A DNA stretch of 64,000 nucleotides from Acidimicrobiales bacterium (lineage in GTDB: Bacteria > Actinomycetota > Acidimicrobiia > Acidimicrobiales > RAAP-2): NCBI GenBank assembly GCA_050011635.1, contig JBEKIU010000001.1, positions 1,010 through 65,009 on the forward strand, read 5' to 3'. Of this stretch, positions 22,084-34,057 are shown in pieces. The notes under the pieces are model-generated. The model was not told the origin of the DNA, made no database searches, and worked only from the letters and a program-made list of their open reading frames with translations. Numbering within the stretch: the stretch's first letter is position 1; each line of letters opens with the position of its first letter. The translations under genes were made by a program, and so were the position numbers.

Positions 22084-23430
22084 ATGCCCAATCCGTATCT
22101 CCGAGGGAACTTCGCGCCCGTGCTCGAGGAGCGCAGCGACGACATCGAGCTTCCCGTCACCGGCGTCATCCCGCCCGATCTCGAGGGACGGCTGCTGCGG
22201 AACGGTCCCAATCCGGCGGTGATCCCCGCCGACGAGGCCGACTACCACTGGTTCAGCGGGGACGGCATGATCCATGCCGTCTCGCTGGCCGGTAGCAGGG
22301 CCACCGGCTACCGCAATCGATGGGTGCGGACCAGGGCGCTGGCCGCCAAGACCGGAACGCCGCCACCCCGGGGACCGGGCGAGCCGATCGACGGGCCGGC
22401 CAACACCCACGTCATCCGGCATGCCGGTACGACCTTGGCCCTGGTGGAGAGCGGCTTCCCCCACGCCCTTTCGTCCGATCTGAGTCGGGCCCGGGTCTAC
22501 GATTTCGACGGGGCGTTGGCGTCACCCATGACGGCCCACCCCAAAGTCGACCCGGTCACCGGCGAGCTGGCCTTCTTCGGAACCGACGTCTTCGGGCCAC
22601 CCTTCCTCCGTTACCACGTGGCCGACGCCACGGGGTCCCTGGTCCGCACCGAGGAGATCGAGCTACCCCGGGCCACCATGATCCACGACTTCGGGGTGAC
22701 GGCGACACGGGCCGTCTTCCTCGACCTGCCCGTGGTATTCGACCTCGAGCTCGCATCCACCGGTCGGTCCATCCCCTACCGGTGGATGCCCGAGGCCGGG
22801 GCCAGGGTCGGCGTGATGCCACGGACCGGCGGGAACGCCGAGATCAGGTGGATCGGGATCGACCCCGTCTACGTGTTCCACGTCCTCAACGCGTACGACG
22901 ACGGTGACCGCGTGGTCGTCGACGTCATCCGCTACGACGAGGCTTTCGACACCCCGCCTGGAGAGGTCGTCAGCCTCGACACGCCGGTCCTCGCCCGTTG
23001 GACCGTCGACCTCGCGTCCAACCGGGTTTCCGAGCAGCGGCTGGACGACACCGCCGTCGAGTTCCCGCGGGTGGGCGACGACGTGGCCGGGCTCCCCCAT
23101 CGGTACGGCTACTGCACCCGAGTCGGGGAGCGTGCCGACCAACCCGGCTACCGGGGCCTGGTCAAGTACGACCTGGTGCGCGACGAGTCGATCCGGTTCG
23201 ACCCGGGCGAGCGCCTCTCCCCCGGGGAACCGGTGTTCGTGAAGGCCGCCGACGGCCGGGGCGAGGACGAAGGCTGGATCCTCAGCGTGGTCTACGACGC
23301 CACCCGAGACGCCAGCGACCTGGTCATCCTCGACGCCACGTCCTTCGGCGGCCCTCCGGTGGCCACCGTCCACCTCCCGGTTCGTGTCCCGTTCGGCTTT
23401 CACGGATCGTGGGTGCCCTCGGGTCGGTGA
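22084..23430 (+). CDS. carotenoid cleavage dioxygenase (RPE65 family)
   Basis: MPNPYLRGNFAPV...DYHWFSGDGMIHAV...THVIRHAGTTLAL...FHGSWVP. ATG 22084. The earlier part of ORF 21418..23430 is antisense to tyrS. Confidence 0.9.
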   Translation: MPNPYLRGNFAPVLEERSDDIELPVTGVIPPDLEGRLLRNGPNPAVIPADEADYHWFSGDGMIHAVSLAGSRATGYRNRWVRTRALAAKTGTPPPRGPGEPIDGPANTHVIRHAGTTLALVESGFPHALSSDLSRARVYDFDGALASPMTAHPKVDPVTGELAFFGTDVFGPPFLRYHVADATGSLVRTEEIELPRATMIHDFGVTATRAVFLDLPVVFDLELASTGRSIPYRWMPEAGARVGVMPRTGGNAEIRWIGIDPVYVFHVLNAYDDGDRVVVDVIRYDEAFDTPPGEVVSLDTPVLARWTVDLASNRVSEQRLDDTAVEFPRVGDDVAGLPHRYGYCTRVGERADQPGYRGLVKYDLVRDESIRFDPGERLSPGEPVFVKAADGRGEDEGWILSVVYDATRDASDLVILDATSFGGPPVATVHLPVRVPFGFHGSWVPSGR

Positions 23431-23559
23431 ACCTCCCGACCACGGGTGACACCAGATCCGACCCCGGTCGTGGGAAACTGTCCGTCTCCAAAGGACAGGG
23501 CAGTGATCTACTGCCGGTAGATCGCACTTTCGATCACGTGATCCGAGACCCGAACCCCC

Positions 23560-24945
23560 GTGCCACCATCTGAACCCCCCCCACCCAGCGGGCCGCGCCC
23601 GTCGGGGCGCTCCTCCGGAGGCTCCACCGGGCGGCCGCGGGCGTCCACGAGCGTTCCGGCCCGCGGCAACGGTCGTGGACCCGAGTTCCCGGGGCCCATT
23701 CTGGGCGGGCACGTGGAGGTCCCGTCGAGACGCGAGCTGCGCAGGGCGAAGAGACGCCGGCGCCGGCGCGGCGAACGGCTCCTGCGAGCAGCCATCGCCC
23801 TCGTGGTGTTCCTCCTCGTCGTGGTCGGCCTCGGCTACGGCTACTTCCGTTACGAGTGGAGCAAGGTCTCCTCCAGCCCGTGCTCCTCCTGCGTGGCTGC
23901 GGCCAACGGCCAGCCCTACAACGTGCTGCTGATCGGCTCTGACAGCAGAGCCGGGGAGACGGCGGCCGAAGCCCAGCAGTTCGGCAACGCCACCAATGCC
24001 GGGGGACAACGGAGTGACACCATCAAGATCGTCCACGTCGATCCCACCGCGGGTACCGCCTCGACCCTCTCCATCCCCCGGGACACCTACGTGACCCTGT
24101 CCGGCATGGCCGCCAGCACCGATCTCTCCGGCCCCAACAAGATCAACGCCGCCTTCGCCAGCGGCCCCGACGCCCTCATCAAGACCATCGAGAACACCTT
24201 CGGGATACCCATCAGCCACTACATCGTGATCAGCTTCTTCGGCCTGCAGGACGCCGTCAACGCCCTCGGGGGCATCTCCATGGACTTCCCGTACCCGGTC
24301 CGTGATCAGGACTGCTCCACCGGTGTCTGCTACAACAACTCCGGGCTCAACATCCCGACCGTGGGCTGCCAGGTGTTGAACGGGGCCCAGGCGCTCGCCC
24401 TGTCCCGCTCCCGTTACTTCCAGTACTACGCCGATGGACAATGGAACTCCGATCCCACCTCGGACATCGGGCGGATCGAACGCCAGAACCTGATCATCTC
24501 GGCGGCCCTCGACAAGGCCAAGTCGACCTACAACCCGTTCCGGCTCAACACACTCCTCACCTCGGTGGTCCACGACTTCAGCAAGGACAACGGGCTCACC
24601 CCCGACGACCTCTTCTCCCTGGCCGAGCGGTACCACGCCTTCTCCGGCTCCGCCCTCCAGACCTACACGCTGCCCACCGTGGGCGCCACCTCCTCGACGG
24701 CGGGCGACGTCGAAGTGGTCGAGCCCGAGACGGCGGGGCAGATGATCGACCAGTTCCTCGGGGGCACGGTGGCTCCGATCGTCACCCCACCGCTCGACGC
24801 CTACGGCAACCCCATCACCCTGCCGGTCACCGCCCCGACCACGGCCCAGACCACCGCCCCGACCACCGCAGCCACCCCGGGCGCCACCACGGCGACCACG
24901 GTGCCGACCTCGACCGTTCCCTCCTTCGACCCTCGCCCCTGCTGA
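23560..24945 (+). CDS. LCP (LytR-CpsA-Psr) family cell-envelope phosphotransferase
   Basis: N-terminal TM helix, then NVLLIGSDSR...GQRSDTIKIVHVD...SIPRDTYV...INAAFA. GTG 23560 is the longest start. Thr/Pro-rich C-terminal tail. Confidence 0.9.
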   Translation: MPPSEPPPPSGPRPSGRSSGGSTGRPRASTSVPARGNGRGPEFPGPILGGHVEVPSRRELRRAKRRRRRRGERLLRAAIALVVFLLVVVGLGYGYFRYEWSKVSSSPCSSCVAAANGQPYNVLLIGSDSRAGETAAEAQQFGNATNAGGQRSDTIKIVHVDPTAGTASTLSIPRDTYVTLSGMAASTDLSGPNKINAAFASGPDALIKTIENTFGIPISHYIVISFFGLQDAVNALGGISMDFPYPVRDQDCSTGVCYNNSGLNIPTVGCQVLNGAQALALSRSRYFQYYADGQWNSDPTSDIGRIERQNLIISAALDKAKSTYNPFRLNTLLTSVVHDFSKDNGLTPDDLFSLAERYHAFSGSALQTYTLPTVGATSSTAGDVEVVEPETAGQMIDQFLGGTVAPIVTPPLDAYGNPITLPVTAPTTAQTTAPTTAATPGATTATTVPTSTVPSFDPRPC

Positions 24946-24963
24946 CCGCGACACAGGCGCGAT

Positions 24964-26790
24964 TCAGCGCTCGATGGCCTCGACGACGGCGGCATTGATC
25001 CGGCGATGAACGGCCACGTTCTCGTCCCGCCCGGGGAGCCCGGCCCGGATCACCGACATCGACTCCCCGACCAGCCGACGGTCGAGCGCATCCTCGAGCT
25101 CGGCGGTACCGGCGGCCGGACCGCACTCGTCGACCGGCCAACCGAAGCCCGCGGCCACTGAGGCCACGTCGTCGAGCTGCGGCGTCCCGAAGAGAAGGTC
25201 GAAGGAGTCCGGATCGAGCACCTCGGCGGGGTCGAGGAACGAGAAGATCCCCCCGCCGTCGTTGTCGGCCACGACAACCGTCAACGCTGCTGTGAGCCGC
25301 TCGGCGCGCACCAACGCCGACACATCGTGGAGAAAGGCCAAGTCCCCGACCAGCGCCACGGTCGGGGCGGACGAGGCGATCGCCACGCCCAGCGCAGTGG
25401 ACACCACCCCGTCGATGCCGTTGGCACCTCGGTTGGCCACGACCCGAGGGGGGTCGTGGCGCGGCGCCGCGAATGCCTCCAGGTCCCGGACGGGCATGGA
25501 CGACGACACCACCAGTACCGAACCGGACGGCATCCGGGCGAACAACCGATGGGCCAGTGAAGGCTCGGTGAGCGAGCCGCCCACACCTCCCATGCCGCCG
25601 TCGGCACCGAGACGGGCGATCACCGTCCGGGCCGCCGCCTCGGCTGCCTCCCACCCGTCGCTCCACCCTCCCGATCGGCTGCCGACCCGGCCACCGGGCT
25701 CGCCGTCGTCCACCCACCGGGTTGCGGCCAGGCTGAACAACGTCGGGTCGGAGCGGACGAAGGTGGAGGTCTCCCGCTCGGGGTCACGCCAACGCCCCCA
25801 CGGGTCGACCACGACGGCCTCGGCACCGCCGGCGACCGCCGAAGACAGGAAGCCGTTGACCACCTTCGACACCCACGGCTCGCCCAGACGGAGCACGGTC
25901 TCGGGCACATGGCCGCGGGCGAAGCGCCCCGATCGCAGGATGGCGTCGGCGGCACCGATGACACCCGGGCGGAGCAGGCGTGCTCCCGAGCGCGGCTCGG
26001 CCAGCACCGGCCACCCCAGGGAGTCGGACAGCGCCAGCACCGCCTCCGGATCGCCGCACCCGGCCCCGGCCACGATCAGCCCGCGGCGTGCTCGATCCAA
26101 TGTGCCGGACTGGAAGAGGTCCCTCAACGCACCCTCGGGCGGCGGCACCCGACCGTGGACCACCTGGTGCCACGGGAGGCCCCTCGGCCGTCCCGGGCTC
26201 ACCCCTCCCCCGGCGGCCGGATCCCCGAGGAGTGGCTCCCGGAAAGGCAGGTTGAGGTGGACGGGGCCGGGACCGCCGGCACCGGAGATGGCTTCGGCGA
26301 CCGACCGAGCGGCGAGCGACCGCCACGACGAGCGGGCGGCGCGGTCCGGAACTCCCTGATCGCAGAACCAACGTACCGAACGGCCGAAGAGGTGGGTCTG
26401 GTCGATGGTCTGGGGGGCGCCCACGTCACGGAGCTCCGGTGGGCGGTCGGCGGTGCAGGCGATCAGCGGTACCCCGCCCAGATCGGCTTCGACCACCGCG
26501 GCATGGAGCTCGGCCGCGGCCGTGCCGCTGGTGGTCACGACCAGCGAGGGCTGCCCACGGGCCCGACCGATCCCGAGGGCGGTGAATGCCGCCGACCGCT
26601 CGTCCAGGCGGACGTGCACCGCCATGGCCGGGTGGGCGGCCAGGGCCATCACGAGGGGGGTCGACCGCGATCCCGGGCACACCACGGCGTGGGCCACGCC
26701 GCACCGGACCCACTCGTCGACCAGGGTCGAGGCGAACGCAGCCTGCCCGTCCGGATCCCCGGTGTCGCCGGAGGACGTCGATACGCTCAT
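24964..26790 (-). CDS. menD: SEPHCHC synthase (2-succinyl-5-enolpyruvyl-6-hydroxy-3-cyclohexene-1-carboxylate synthase)
   Basis: ThDP enzyme with VVCPGSRSTPL, TSGTAAAELHAAVVEA and GDLAFLHD...NDGGGIFSFL. ATG 26790 gives 608 aa. Confidence 0.93.
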   Translation of the reverse strand: MSVSTSSGDTGDPDGQAAFASTLVDEWVRCGVAHAVVCPGSRSTPLVMALAAHPAMAVHVRLDERSAAFTALGIGRARGQPSLVVTTSGTAAAELHAAVVEADLGGVPLIACTADRPPELRDVGAPQTIDQTHLFGRSVRWFCDQGVPDRAARSSWRSLAARSVAEAISGAGGPGPVHLNLPFREPLLGDPAAGGGVSPGRPRGLPWHQVVHGRVPPPEGALRDLFQSGTLDRARRGLIVAGAGCGDPEAVLALSDSLGWPVLAEPRSGARLLRPGVIGAADAILRSGRFARGHVPETVLRLGEPWVSKVVNGFLSSAVAGGAEAVVVDPWGRWRDPERETSTFVRSDPTLFSLAATRWVDDGEPGGRVGSRSGGWSDGWEAAEAAARTVIARLGADGGMGGVGGSLTEPSLAHRLFARMPSGSVLVVSSSMPVRDLEAFAAPRHDPPRVVANRGANGIDGVVSTALGVAIASSAPTVALVGDLAFLHDVSALVRAERLTAALTVVVADNDGGGIFSFLDPAEVLDPDSFDLLFGTPQLDDVASVAAGFGWPVDECGPAAGTAELEDALDRRLVGESMSVIRAGLPGRDENVAVHRRINAAVVEAIER

Positions 26791-26801
26791 CGGGGTTCCC
26801 C

Positions 26802-27632
26802 ATGACCACGGCCACCCCATCCTCGACCCCGCCTCAGGGGCCCCGGCCGGCGCGGACACTGCACGCCGAGACGGTCGGGAATGGTCCACGGCTGGTGCTG
26901 GCCCACGGCTTCACCCAGACCGGTCGGGTCTGGGGCTCGATGGATGGCAACCTGGCCGCGGACCACCACGTGGTCCGGGTCGACCTGCCCGGCCACGGTG
27001 GCTCGGCCGCCGTGGCCGCCGGGCTGGAAGACGGTGCCCTGTTGTTGGGCGGGGCCGGCGGACGGGCGATCTACCTCGGGTACTCGATGGGCGCGCGCTT
27101 CTGCCTCCACCTGGCCCTGGCTCGTCCGGATCTGGTCGCCGCCCTCGTCCTCATATCCGGAACCGCGGGGATCGAGGACGAAGCCGAACGTCGCCGGCGC
27201 CGGGCGTCCGACGACGAACTGGCCGAGGAGCTCGACCCGATCCGGGGTCCGGGCCCGCCCCTGGCGGTCGGGACCTTCGTCCGGCGCTGGCTGGACGGCC
27301 CGATGTTCGCAGGGATCAGCCCGTCCGCCAACGGATTGGACGAGCGGTTGCGCAACACCGGCCCCGGGCTGGCGTCGAGCCTGCGCCTGGCCGGCACCGG
27401 CACCCAACGACCGCTGTGGGACTCCATCGGCCGCCTGACCATGCCGGTGCTGATCATCTCCGGTGAGCTCGACGAGAAGTTCACCGCCCTCGGCGCTCGG
27501 ATGGCCGAGGCCATCGGGGCCACCGCCGACCGAGCCGTGGTTCGCGGGGCCGGGCACGCTCCTCACCTCCAACGACCCGACGAGGTGGCGACACTGGTGC
27601 GGGTCCACGGGCATCGGGCCGGTGGGTGCTGA
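26802..27632 (+). CDS. menH: SHCHC synthase-type alpha/beta hydrolase
   Basis: LVLAHGFTQTGRVW, nucleophile elbow GYSMGAR, and a C-terminal GAGHAPHL. Divergent from menD with an 11-bp spacer. Confidence 0.8.
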   Translation: MTTATPSSTPPQGPRPARTLHAETVGNGPRLVLAHGFTQTGRVWGSMDGNLAADHHVVRVDLPGHGGSAAVAAGLEDGALLLGGAGGRAIYLGYSMGARFCLHLALARPDLVAALVLISGTAGIEDEAERRRRRASDDELAEELDPIRGPGPPLAVGTFVRRWLDGPMFAGISPSANGLDERLRNTGPGLASSLRLAGTGTQRPLWDSIGRLTMPVLIISGELDEKFTALGARMAEAIGATADRAVVRGAGHAPHLQRPDEVATLVRVHGHRAGGC

Positions 27633-27646
27633 ACGCATGTCCCCCG

Positions 27647-28642
27647 TCAACGGATCCAGAGCCAGACCGAGGCGGCAAGGAGCGCACCGAATGCCATCTG
27701 CAGCCGACCGGTGGCGGCCAGCACCGGGAGCAGGGCCCGGCCCGAGGCGTCGCTGGCGACGATCTTCACCGGCGGCACCACGAGCGGCAGGGCCAGCAAC
27801 GGGAGCAGCGCAACAACGGTCCGCGAGGAGGACACCACGGTGGAGACCGACGACAACGACCAGACCAGCACGGCGGCGAAGGGCACCAGGACACAGGCCA
27901 CGTAGAACCATCCCGCGTCACGGCGGCCCACCCGGACGGCCAGCGTCCGCTTGCCGGTCCCGGCGTCGGTCTGGATGTCCCGCAGGTTGTTGGCCAGCAG
28001 TAGTGCGGTGGCCAGCAGTCCCACCAGCACCGCGGCGAACCACACCACGGGCTCGTCGATCCTCAGGGTCTGGACGTAGTAGGTGCCCACGGTGGCCACC
28101 AACCCGAAGAACACGAACACGAAGAGCTCGCCCAGACCGGCGTAGCCGTAGGGGCGGGGGCCACCGGTGTAGAACCAGCCGGCGGCCAGGCTGGCCGCGC
28201 CGACGACGAGGATCCACCACGACGTGGCCCAGGCCAGGCCGAGTCCGACGACCCCGGCCACACCGAAGCAGGCCAGCGCGGCTCGCTTGACCGCGCCGGG
28301 TGAGGCCAGGCCGGACGCCACCAGCCGCACGGGGCCGACCCGGACGTCGTCGGTCCCGCGGATGCCGTCCGAGTAGTCGTTGGCGTAGTTGGTGCCCACC
28401 TGGATGGCCAGGGCGACGACCAGCGCGGCGACCGCACGCCACCACACGCCGACCGGCGAGCCCGTCTCCAACGGGGCAACGCCGGACCAACCGGTGAACC
28501 CGTTGAGGGGATGGGCGGCGGCCGTTCCTACCAGGACCGGCACGACGGCGGCCGGGAGCGTGCGCGGCCGTGCGCCGAGCACCCAACGCTTGATGGGCCC
28601 GGGTGCCACCGGCGCAGCCGGAACGGCGCCGTCGGCCGTCAC
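27647..28642 (-). CDS. menA: 1,4-dihydroxy-2-naphthoate polyprenyltransferase
   Basis: UbiA-family membrane protein with [12 protein letters not shown] and [23 protein letters not shown] 28642 overlaps the menB stop (GTGA). Confidence 0.9.
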   Translation of the reverse strand: MTADGAVPAAPVAPGPIKRWVLGARPRTLPAAVVPVLVGTAAAHPLNGFTGWSGVAPLETGSPVGVWWRAVAALVVALAIQVGTNYANDYSDGIRGTDDVRVGPVRLVASGLASPGAVKRAALACFGVAGVVGLGLAWATSWWILVVGAASLAAGWFYTGGPRPYGYAGLGELFVFVFFGLVATVGTYYVQTLRIDEPVVWFAAVLVGLLATALLLANNLRDIQTDAGTGKRTLAVRVGRRDAGWFYVACVLVPFAAVLVWSLSSVSTVVSSSRTVVALLPLLALPLVVPPVKIVASDASGRALLPVLAATGRLQMAFGALLAASVWLWIR

Positions 28643-29589
28643 GGGCGCCGCGGGAAACGACCGAAGTCAGGCGGGCGGTGCTCCTGGAACGCGTTGCGGC
28701 CTTCCTGGCCCTCCTCGCTCATGTAGAAGAGCATGGTGGCGTCGCCGGCAAACTGCTGGAGGCCGGCCAACCCGTCGTCGGCCGCATGGAGCCCGCCCTT
28801 CAGCATCCGCAGCGCCAGGGGGGACAACGAAAGCATCTGGCGGCACCAGGCCACCGTCTCGGCTTCGAGATCGGCCAGTGGCACCACCTCGTTCACCAGA
28901 CCCCAGTCGCGGGCCGTTCCCGCGTCGTACTGCCGGCACAGGAACCAGACCTCCTTGGCCCGTTTGAGGCCGATGGTGCGGGCCAGCAGGCTGGCCCCGT
29001 ACCCTCCGTCGAAGCTGCCCACCTTGGGGCCGGTCTGTCCGAACCTGGCATTGTCGGCGGCGATGGTCAGGTCGCAGACCAGGTGCAGGATGTGACCACC
29101 GCCGATGGCATAACCGGCCACCATGGCCACGACCGGCTTCGGGAGGCGGCGGATCTGGATCTGGAGGTCGAGGACGTTGAGGCGGCCGATGCCCTGGCGG
29201 GCCACGGCGTCGTCCCCGAGGTAGCCGTCGTCGCCCCGGATCTTCTGATCGCCTCCCGAGCAGAACGCGTCCGGACCCTCCCCGGTCAGGATGACGACAC
29301 CGACCGAGGGGTCGTCCCGGGCGGCGTTGAAGGCGTCGGCCAACTCGAAGAGGGTCTGGGGACGGAAGGCGTTGCGGACGTCGGGTCTGGCGATGGTGAG
29401 CTTGGCCATCCCGTCGGCCACGTCGTAGTAGATGTCCCGGTACCCGCCCCGGCGTTCCCACGCGGGTGGAGGCTGGCCGCGGAACCTGTCCACGGGGTCG
29501 GCCGGGGGGCCGGCGATCACCGTCTCGGGCCGCGGGCCGGCTGATGCCGCATCCCCGTTCACTTCCGGTGCAACCATTCGACCAATCAC
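28639..29589 (-). CDS. menB: 1,4-dihydroxy-2-naphthoyl-CoA synthase
   Basis: Crotonase fold with [20 protein letters not shown] and [22 protein letters not shown]. The start is GTG 29589 or ATG 29577. Confidence 0.95.
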   Translation of the reverse strand: MIGRMVAPEVNGDAASAGPRPETVIAGPPADPVDRFRGQPPPAWERRGGYRDIYYDVADGMAKLTIARPDVRNAFRPQTLFELADAFNAARDDPSVGVVILTGEGPDAFCSGGDQKIRGDDGYLGDDAVARQGIGRLNVLDLQIQIRRLPKPVVAMVAGYAIGGGHILHLVCDLTIAADNARFGQTGPKVGSFDGGYGASLLARTIGLKRAKEVWFLCRQYDAGTARDWGLVNEVVPLADLEAETVAWCRQMLSLSPLALRMLKGGLHAADDGLAGLQQFAGDATMLFYMSEEGQEGRNAFQEHRPPDFGRFPRRP

Positions 29590-29629
29590 TCCTAGAGTCG
29601 GTACTCGTACGGTCGCCTAGGCTACCGTC

Positions 29630-30757
29630 ATGCCGGAGTTGGTAGCGCTCGACCTTCCGGCCGGCCGTCGCTTCGTGGAGGCATTGCAGACCGCCTGGGA
29701 TGCCGGCCACGCGGTGCTGCCGCTCGATCCGCGACTCCCCCGGCCCGCGGTGCGCCGGCTGGTCACAGCCTTCCGGCCCTCCACCGTCGTGGACGCCGAC
29801 GGAATCCACCGGCAGCCGGAGGGTCGGCCCGTCGACCCCGGGGACGCGCTGGTCGTCGCCACCAGTGGGACCAGTGGCGACCCCAAGGGCGTCGTGCTCA
29901 CCCACGACTCGGTCACGGCGTCCGCCCTGTCCACGTCCGAGCGGCTCGGGGTCGACCCCGCGACCGACCGATGGGTGGCGTGCCTCCCGTTGGCCCACAT
30001 CGGCGGGCTGTCCGTGGTGACCCGGTCACTCGTGACGGGAACACCGGTCACCGTGCTCGAGCGGTTCGATGCCCAGGAGGTGGAGCGGGAGGCCCGCGCC
30101 GGGGCCACCCTGGTCTCGCTGGTGTCCACCGCCCTTGACCGGACCGACGCCTCCGGCTACCGCCGGGTCCTTCTCGGGGGTGCCGCGCCACCCGTGCGGC
30201 TCCCCGCCAATGTCGTGACCACGTACGGCTCGACAGAAACCGGCTCCGGTGTCGTCTACGACGGGACACCCATCGGTGACGTCGAGCTGCGCATCGGCGA
30301 CGGTGCTGTCGGTCTGGCCGGAGAGATCCTCGTTCGCGGCCCGATGCTGCTCCGTTCGTACCGGGACGGGGCCGACCCCAAGATCGCCGGGGGATGGTTG
30401 CCCACCGGGGACGGGGGGCGGGTGGCCACCGACGGCACCCTGACCGTCTTCGGCCGCATGGCCGAGGTGATCGTCACCGGCGGCGAGAAGGTCTGGCCCG
30501 CTCCCGTCGAGCGGGTCCTGGCCGGGCATGGGGGAATCGACCAGGTGGCGGTGTGGAAGCGCGCCGATCCGGAATGGGGTGAGCGGGTGGTGGCCTGGGT
30601 GGTCCCCCGGGACCCGACGGCCCCTCCGGGCGTGGAGGAGCTCCGGGACCTGGTCGCCGTCACGCTTGCCCGGTGGGCGGCCCCGCGTGAGGTGGTGGTG
30701 GTCGAATCGCTGCCCCGGACCCCGAGCGGCAAGGTCCGACGGTCGGCGCTCGACTGA
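29630..30757 (+). CDS. menE: o-succinylbenzoate--CoA ligase (short actinobacterial type)
   Basis: AMP-binding motifs VVATSGTSGDPKGVVLTH, TYGSTETG and a C-terminal PRTPSGKVRR. Located in the men gene neighbourhood. Confidence 0.85.
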   Translation: MPELVALDLPAGRRFVEALQTAWDAGHAVLPLDPRLPRPAVRRLVTAFRPSTVVDADGIHRQPEGRPVDPGDALVVATSGTSGDPKGVVLTHDSVTASALSTSERLGVDPATDRWVACLPLAHIGGLSVVTRSLVTGTPVTVLERFDAQEVEREARAGATLVSLVSTALDRTDASGYRRVLLGGAAPPVRLPANVVTTYGSTETGSGVVYDGTPIGDVELRIGDGAVGLAGEILVRGPMLLRSYRDGADPKIAGGWLPTGDGGRVATDGTLTVFGRMAEVIVTGGEKVWPAPVERVLAGHGGIDQVAVWKRADPEWGERVVAWVVPRDPTAPPGVEELRDLVAVTLARWAAPREVVVVESLPRTPSGKVRRSALD

Positions 30758-30817
30758 CGTCGGCGATCGACCGACCGGGGCGCTCGACTGACCGGGGGAC
30801 TCGACTGACCGGGAATG
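30750..30817. repeat. 17-bp tandem repeat x4 (TCGACYGACSGGG-type) starting inside the last codons of menE
   Basis: Read directly. Units begin at 30750, 30767, 30784 and 30801, with a partial fifth at 30818. Three units carry TGA in the menE frame position. CTGACC/GGTCAG inverted repeat at 30805-30810 / 30824-30829. Confidence 0.85.
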
Positions 30818-30825
30818 CCGACTGG

Positions 30826-31605
30826 TCAGGTGATGCCCCCGCTGGTGATGCACATGGCGCCACCGTCGATGACCAGCGTGTGACCGGTGATCCAGGAGGC
30901 CGCGTCCGAGCAGAGGAACAGCGCGGCGCTGGCGATGTCGTCCACCAGGCCCAGCCGGCCGAGGGGCAGCCTGCGGGCGATCGCCTCTTCGCCCGGCTCC
31001 CACAGGGCACGGGCGAACTCGGTCTTGACCAGACCGGGGGCCAGCGCGTTGACCCGGACACCGGGGCCGAGTTCGCCGGCCAATTGACTCGTCAGATGGA
31101 TCACGGCCGCCTTGGTCACGTTGTACCAGCCGATGCCTCGCTCGACGGACAACCCGCCGACTGAGGCCATGTTGAGTACGACTCCACCCCGTTCGGACAT
31201 GCCCGACCGCCACGCGGCCTGGACCCATTCGAGATAGCCGGTCTGGTTGACCCGCACGGTCTTGTCGGCCCGCGCCGTGTCGATGTCCATGATCGGCCCG
31301 AAGTAGGGATTGGTGGCTGCGTTGTTCACCAGGATGTCCACGGCACCGAAGCGTTCGACGGTGGCCGCCACGCACGACTCGGCCTGCTCCGGGTCACCGG
31401 CATTGGCCACACGCCAGGCAACCGTGCCGGCTCGGTCCCCCTTGGCCGCATCGATGTCGGCCGCCGCGCTGGCCAGGGCGTCGGCCTTGCGCGACGAGAT
31501 CATCACCGAGGCCCCCGACGAGCAGAAGGCCAGGGCGATGGCCTGCCCGATGCCCCGGGACGCGCCCGTGACGAGCGCCGTCTTGCCGTCAAGGCGCAGT
31601 TCCAT
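30826..31605 (-). CDS. SDR family oxidoreductase
   Basis: MELRLDGKTALVTGASRGIGQAI (TGxxxGxG), NNAA, and YNVTKAAV (YxxxK). ATG 31605 gives 259 aa. The ORF extension through the 13-bp repeat array is rejected. Confidence 0.9.
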   Translation of the reverse strand: MELRLDGKTALVTGASRGIGQAIALAFCSSGASVMISSRKADALASAAADIDAAKGDRAGTVAWRVANAGDPEQAESCVAATVERFGAVDILVNNAATNPYFGPIMDIDTARADKTVRVNQTGYLEWVQAAWRSGMSERGGVVLNMASVGGLSVERGIGWYNVTKAAVIHLTSQLAGELGPGVRVNALAPGLVKTEFARALWEPGEEAIARRLPLGRLGLVDDIASAALFLCSDAASWITGHTLVIDGGAMCITSGGIT

Positions 31606-31629
31606 GGCGTGACACCTTAGACATCCCGA

Positions 31630-31785
31630 CCGGGACGGCTGGCCGGGACGGCTGACCGGGGCGGCTGGCCGGGGCGGCTGACCGGGGCGGCTGGCCGGGG
31701 CGGCTGACCGGGACGGCTGGCCGGGGCGGCTGGCCGGGACGGCTGGCCGGGACGGCTGGCCGGGGCGGCTGGCCGGGGCGGCTGG
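31630..31785. repeat. 12 head-to-tail copies of a 13-bp unit CCGGGRCGGCTGR
   Basis: Read directly. Phasing is perfect with no spacers, and only positions 6 and 13 vary (A/G). Lies between the divergent start codons at 31605 (minus) and 31970 (plus). Confidence 0.95.
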
Positions 31786-31969
31786 TGCACAATGGTGGCG
31801 TGGATGCCGAGCCGCCCGCCGACCAGGAGCACCCGTCCCCCAGGGGCGGCCCGCGCCGGGCCGACCGTCGGTGGCGCGGACGGAGCTCCGTCCCGCCCGT
31901 GGGGGGTCAGCGGTCTCCGCGACACGCGGGCATCGACGAAGGCGGGGCCCGTTGCCCCTGATCAGAGAC

Positions 31970-34053
<2,084 letters not shown>

Positions 34054-34057
<4 letters not shown>

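Noticed and set aside
23478-23543. Two adjacent 6-bp-stem hairpins (CTGTCC..GGACAG and GGCAGT..ACTGCC) and a perfect 12-bp palindrome, GATCACGTGATC, 16 nt upstream of the LCP gene start.
   Set aside because: By my rough estimate, 12-bp palindromes and 6-bp stems are expected tens of times by chance in 64 kb at this composition. They could be a terminator plus an operator, but the sequence alone gives no significant support.
22663-24954. Very long antisense ORFs: the 763-aa ORF here, and also 37357..39744, 32489..33991, 1400..2788, 20994..22295, 49482..51341 and many others in the track.
   Set aside because: They lie opposite well-supported genes, are Arg/Gly/Pro/His-rich, and show the codon-position GC pattern of the opposite-strand gene. 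These are typical shadow ORFs of a genome with about 70 percent GC.
31617-31925. Pro-rich ORFs (for example RPGQPSRPAAPAS repeats) running through the 13-bp array, which could be read as a repeat protein or as an N-terminal extension of the SDR.
   Set aside because: A 13-bp period cycles through all three frames, so any frame gives a 13-aa periodic peptide. The higher-order structure is 26 bp, not 39 bp, and the SDR has a canonical MELRLDGKTALVTGASRGIG start downstream.
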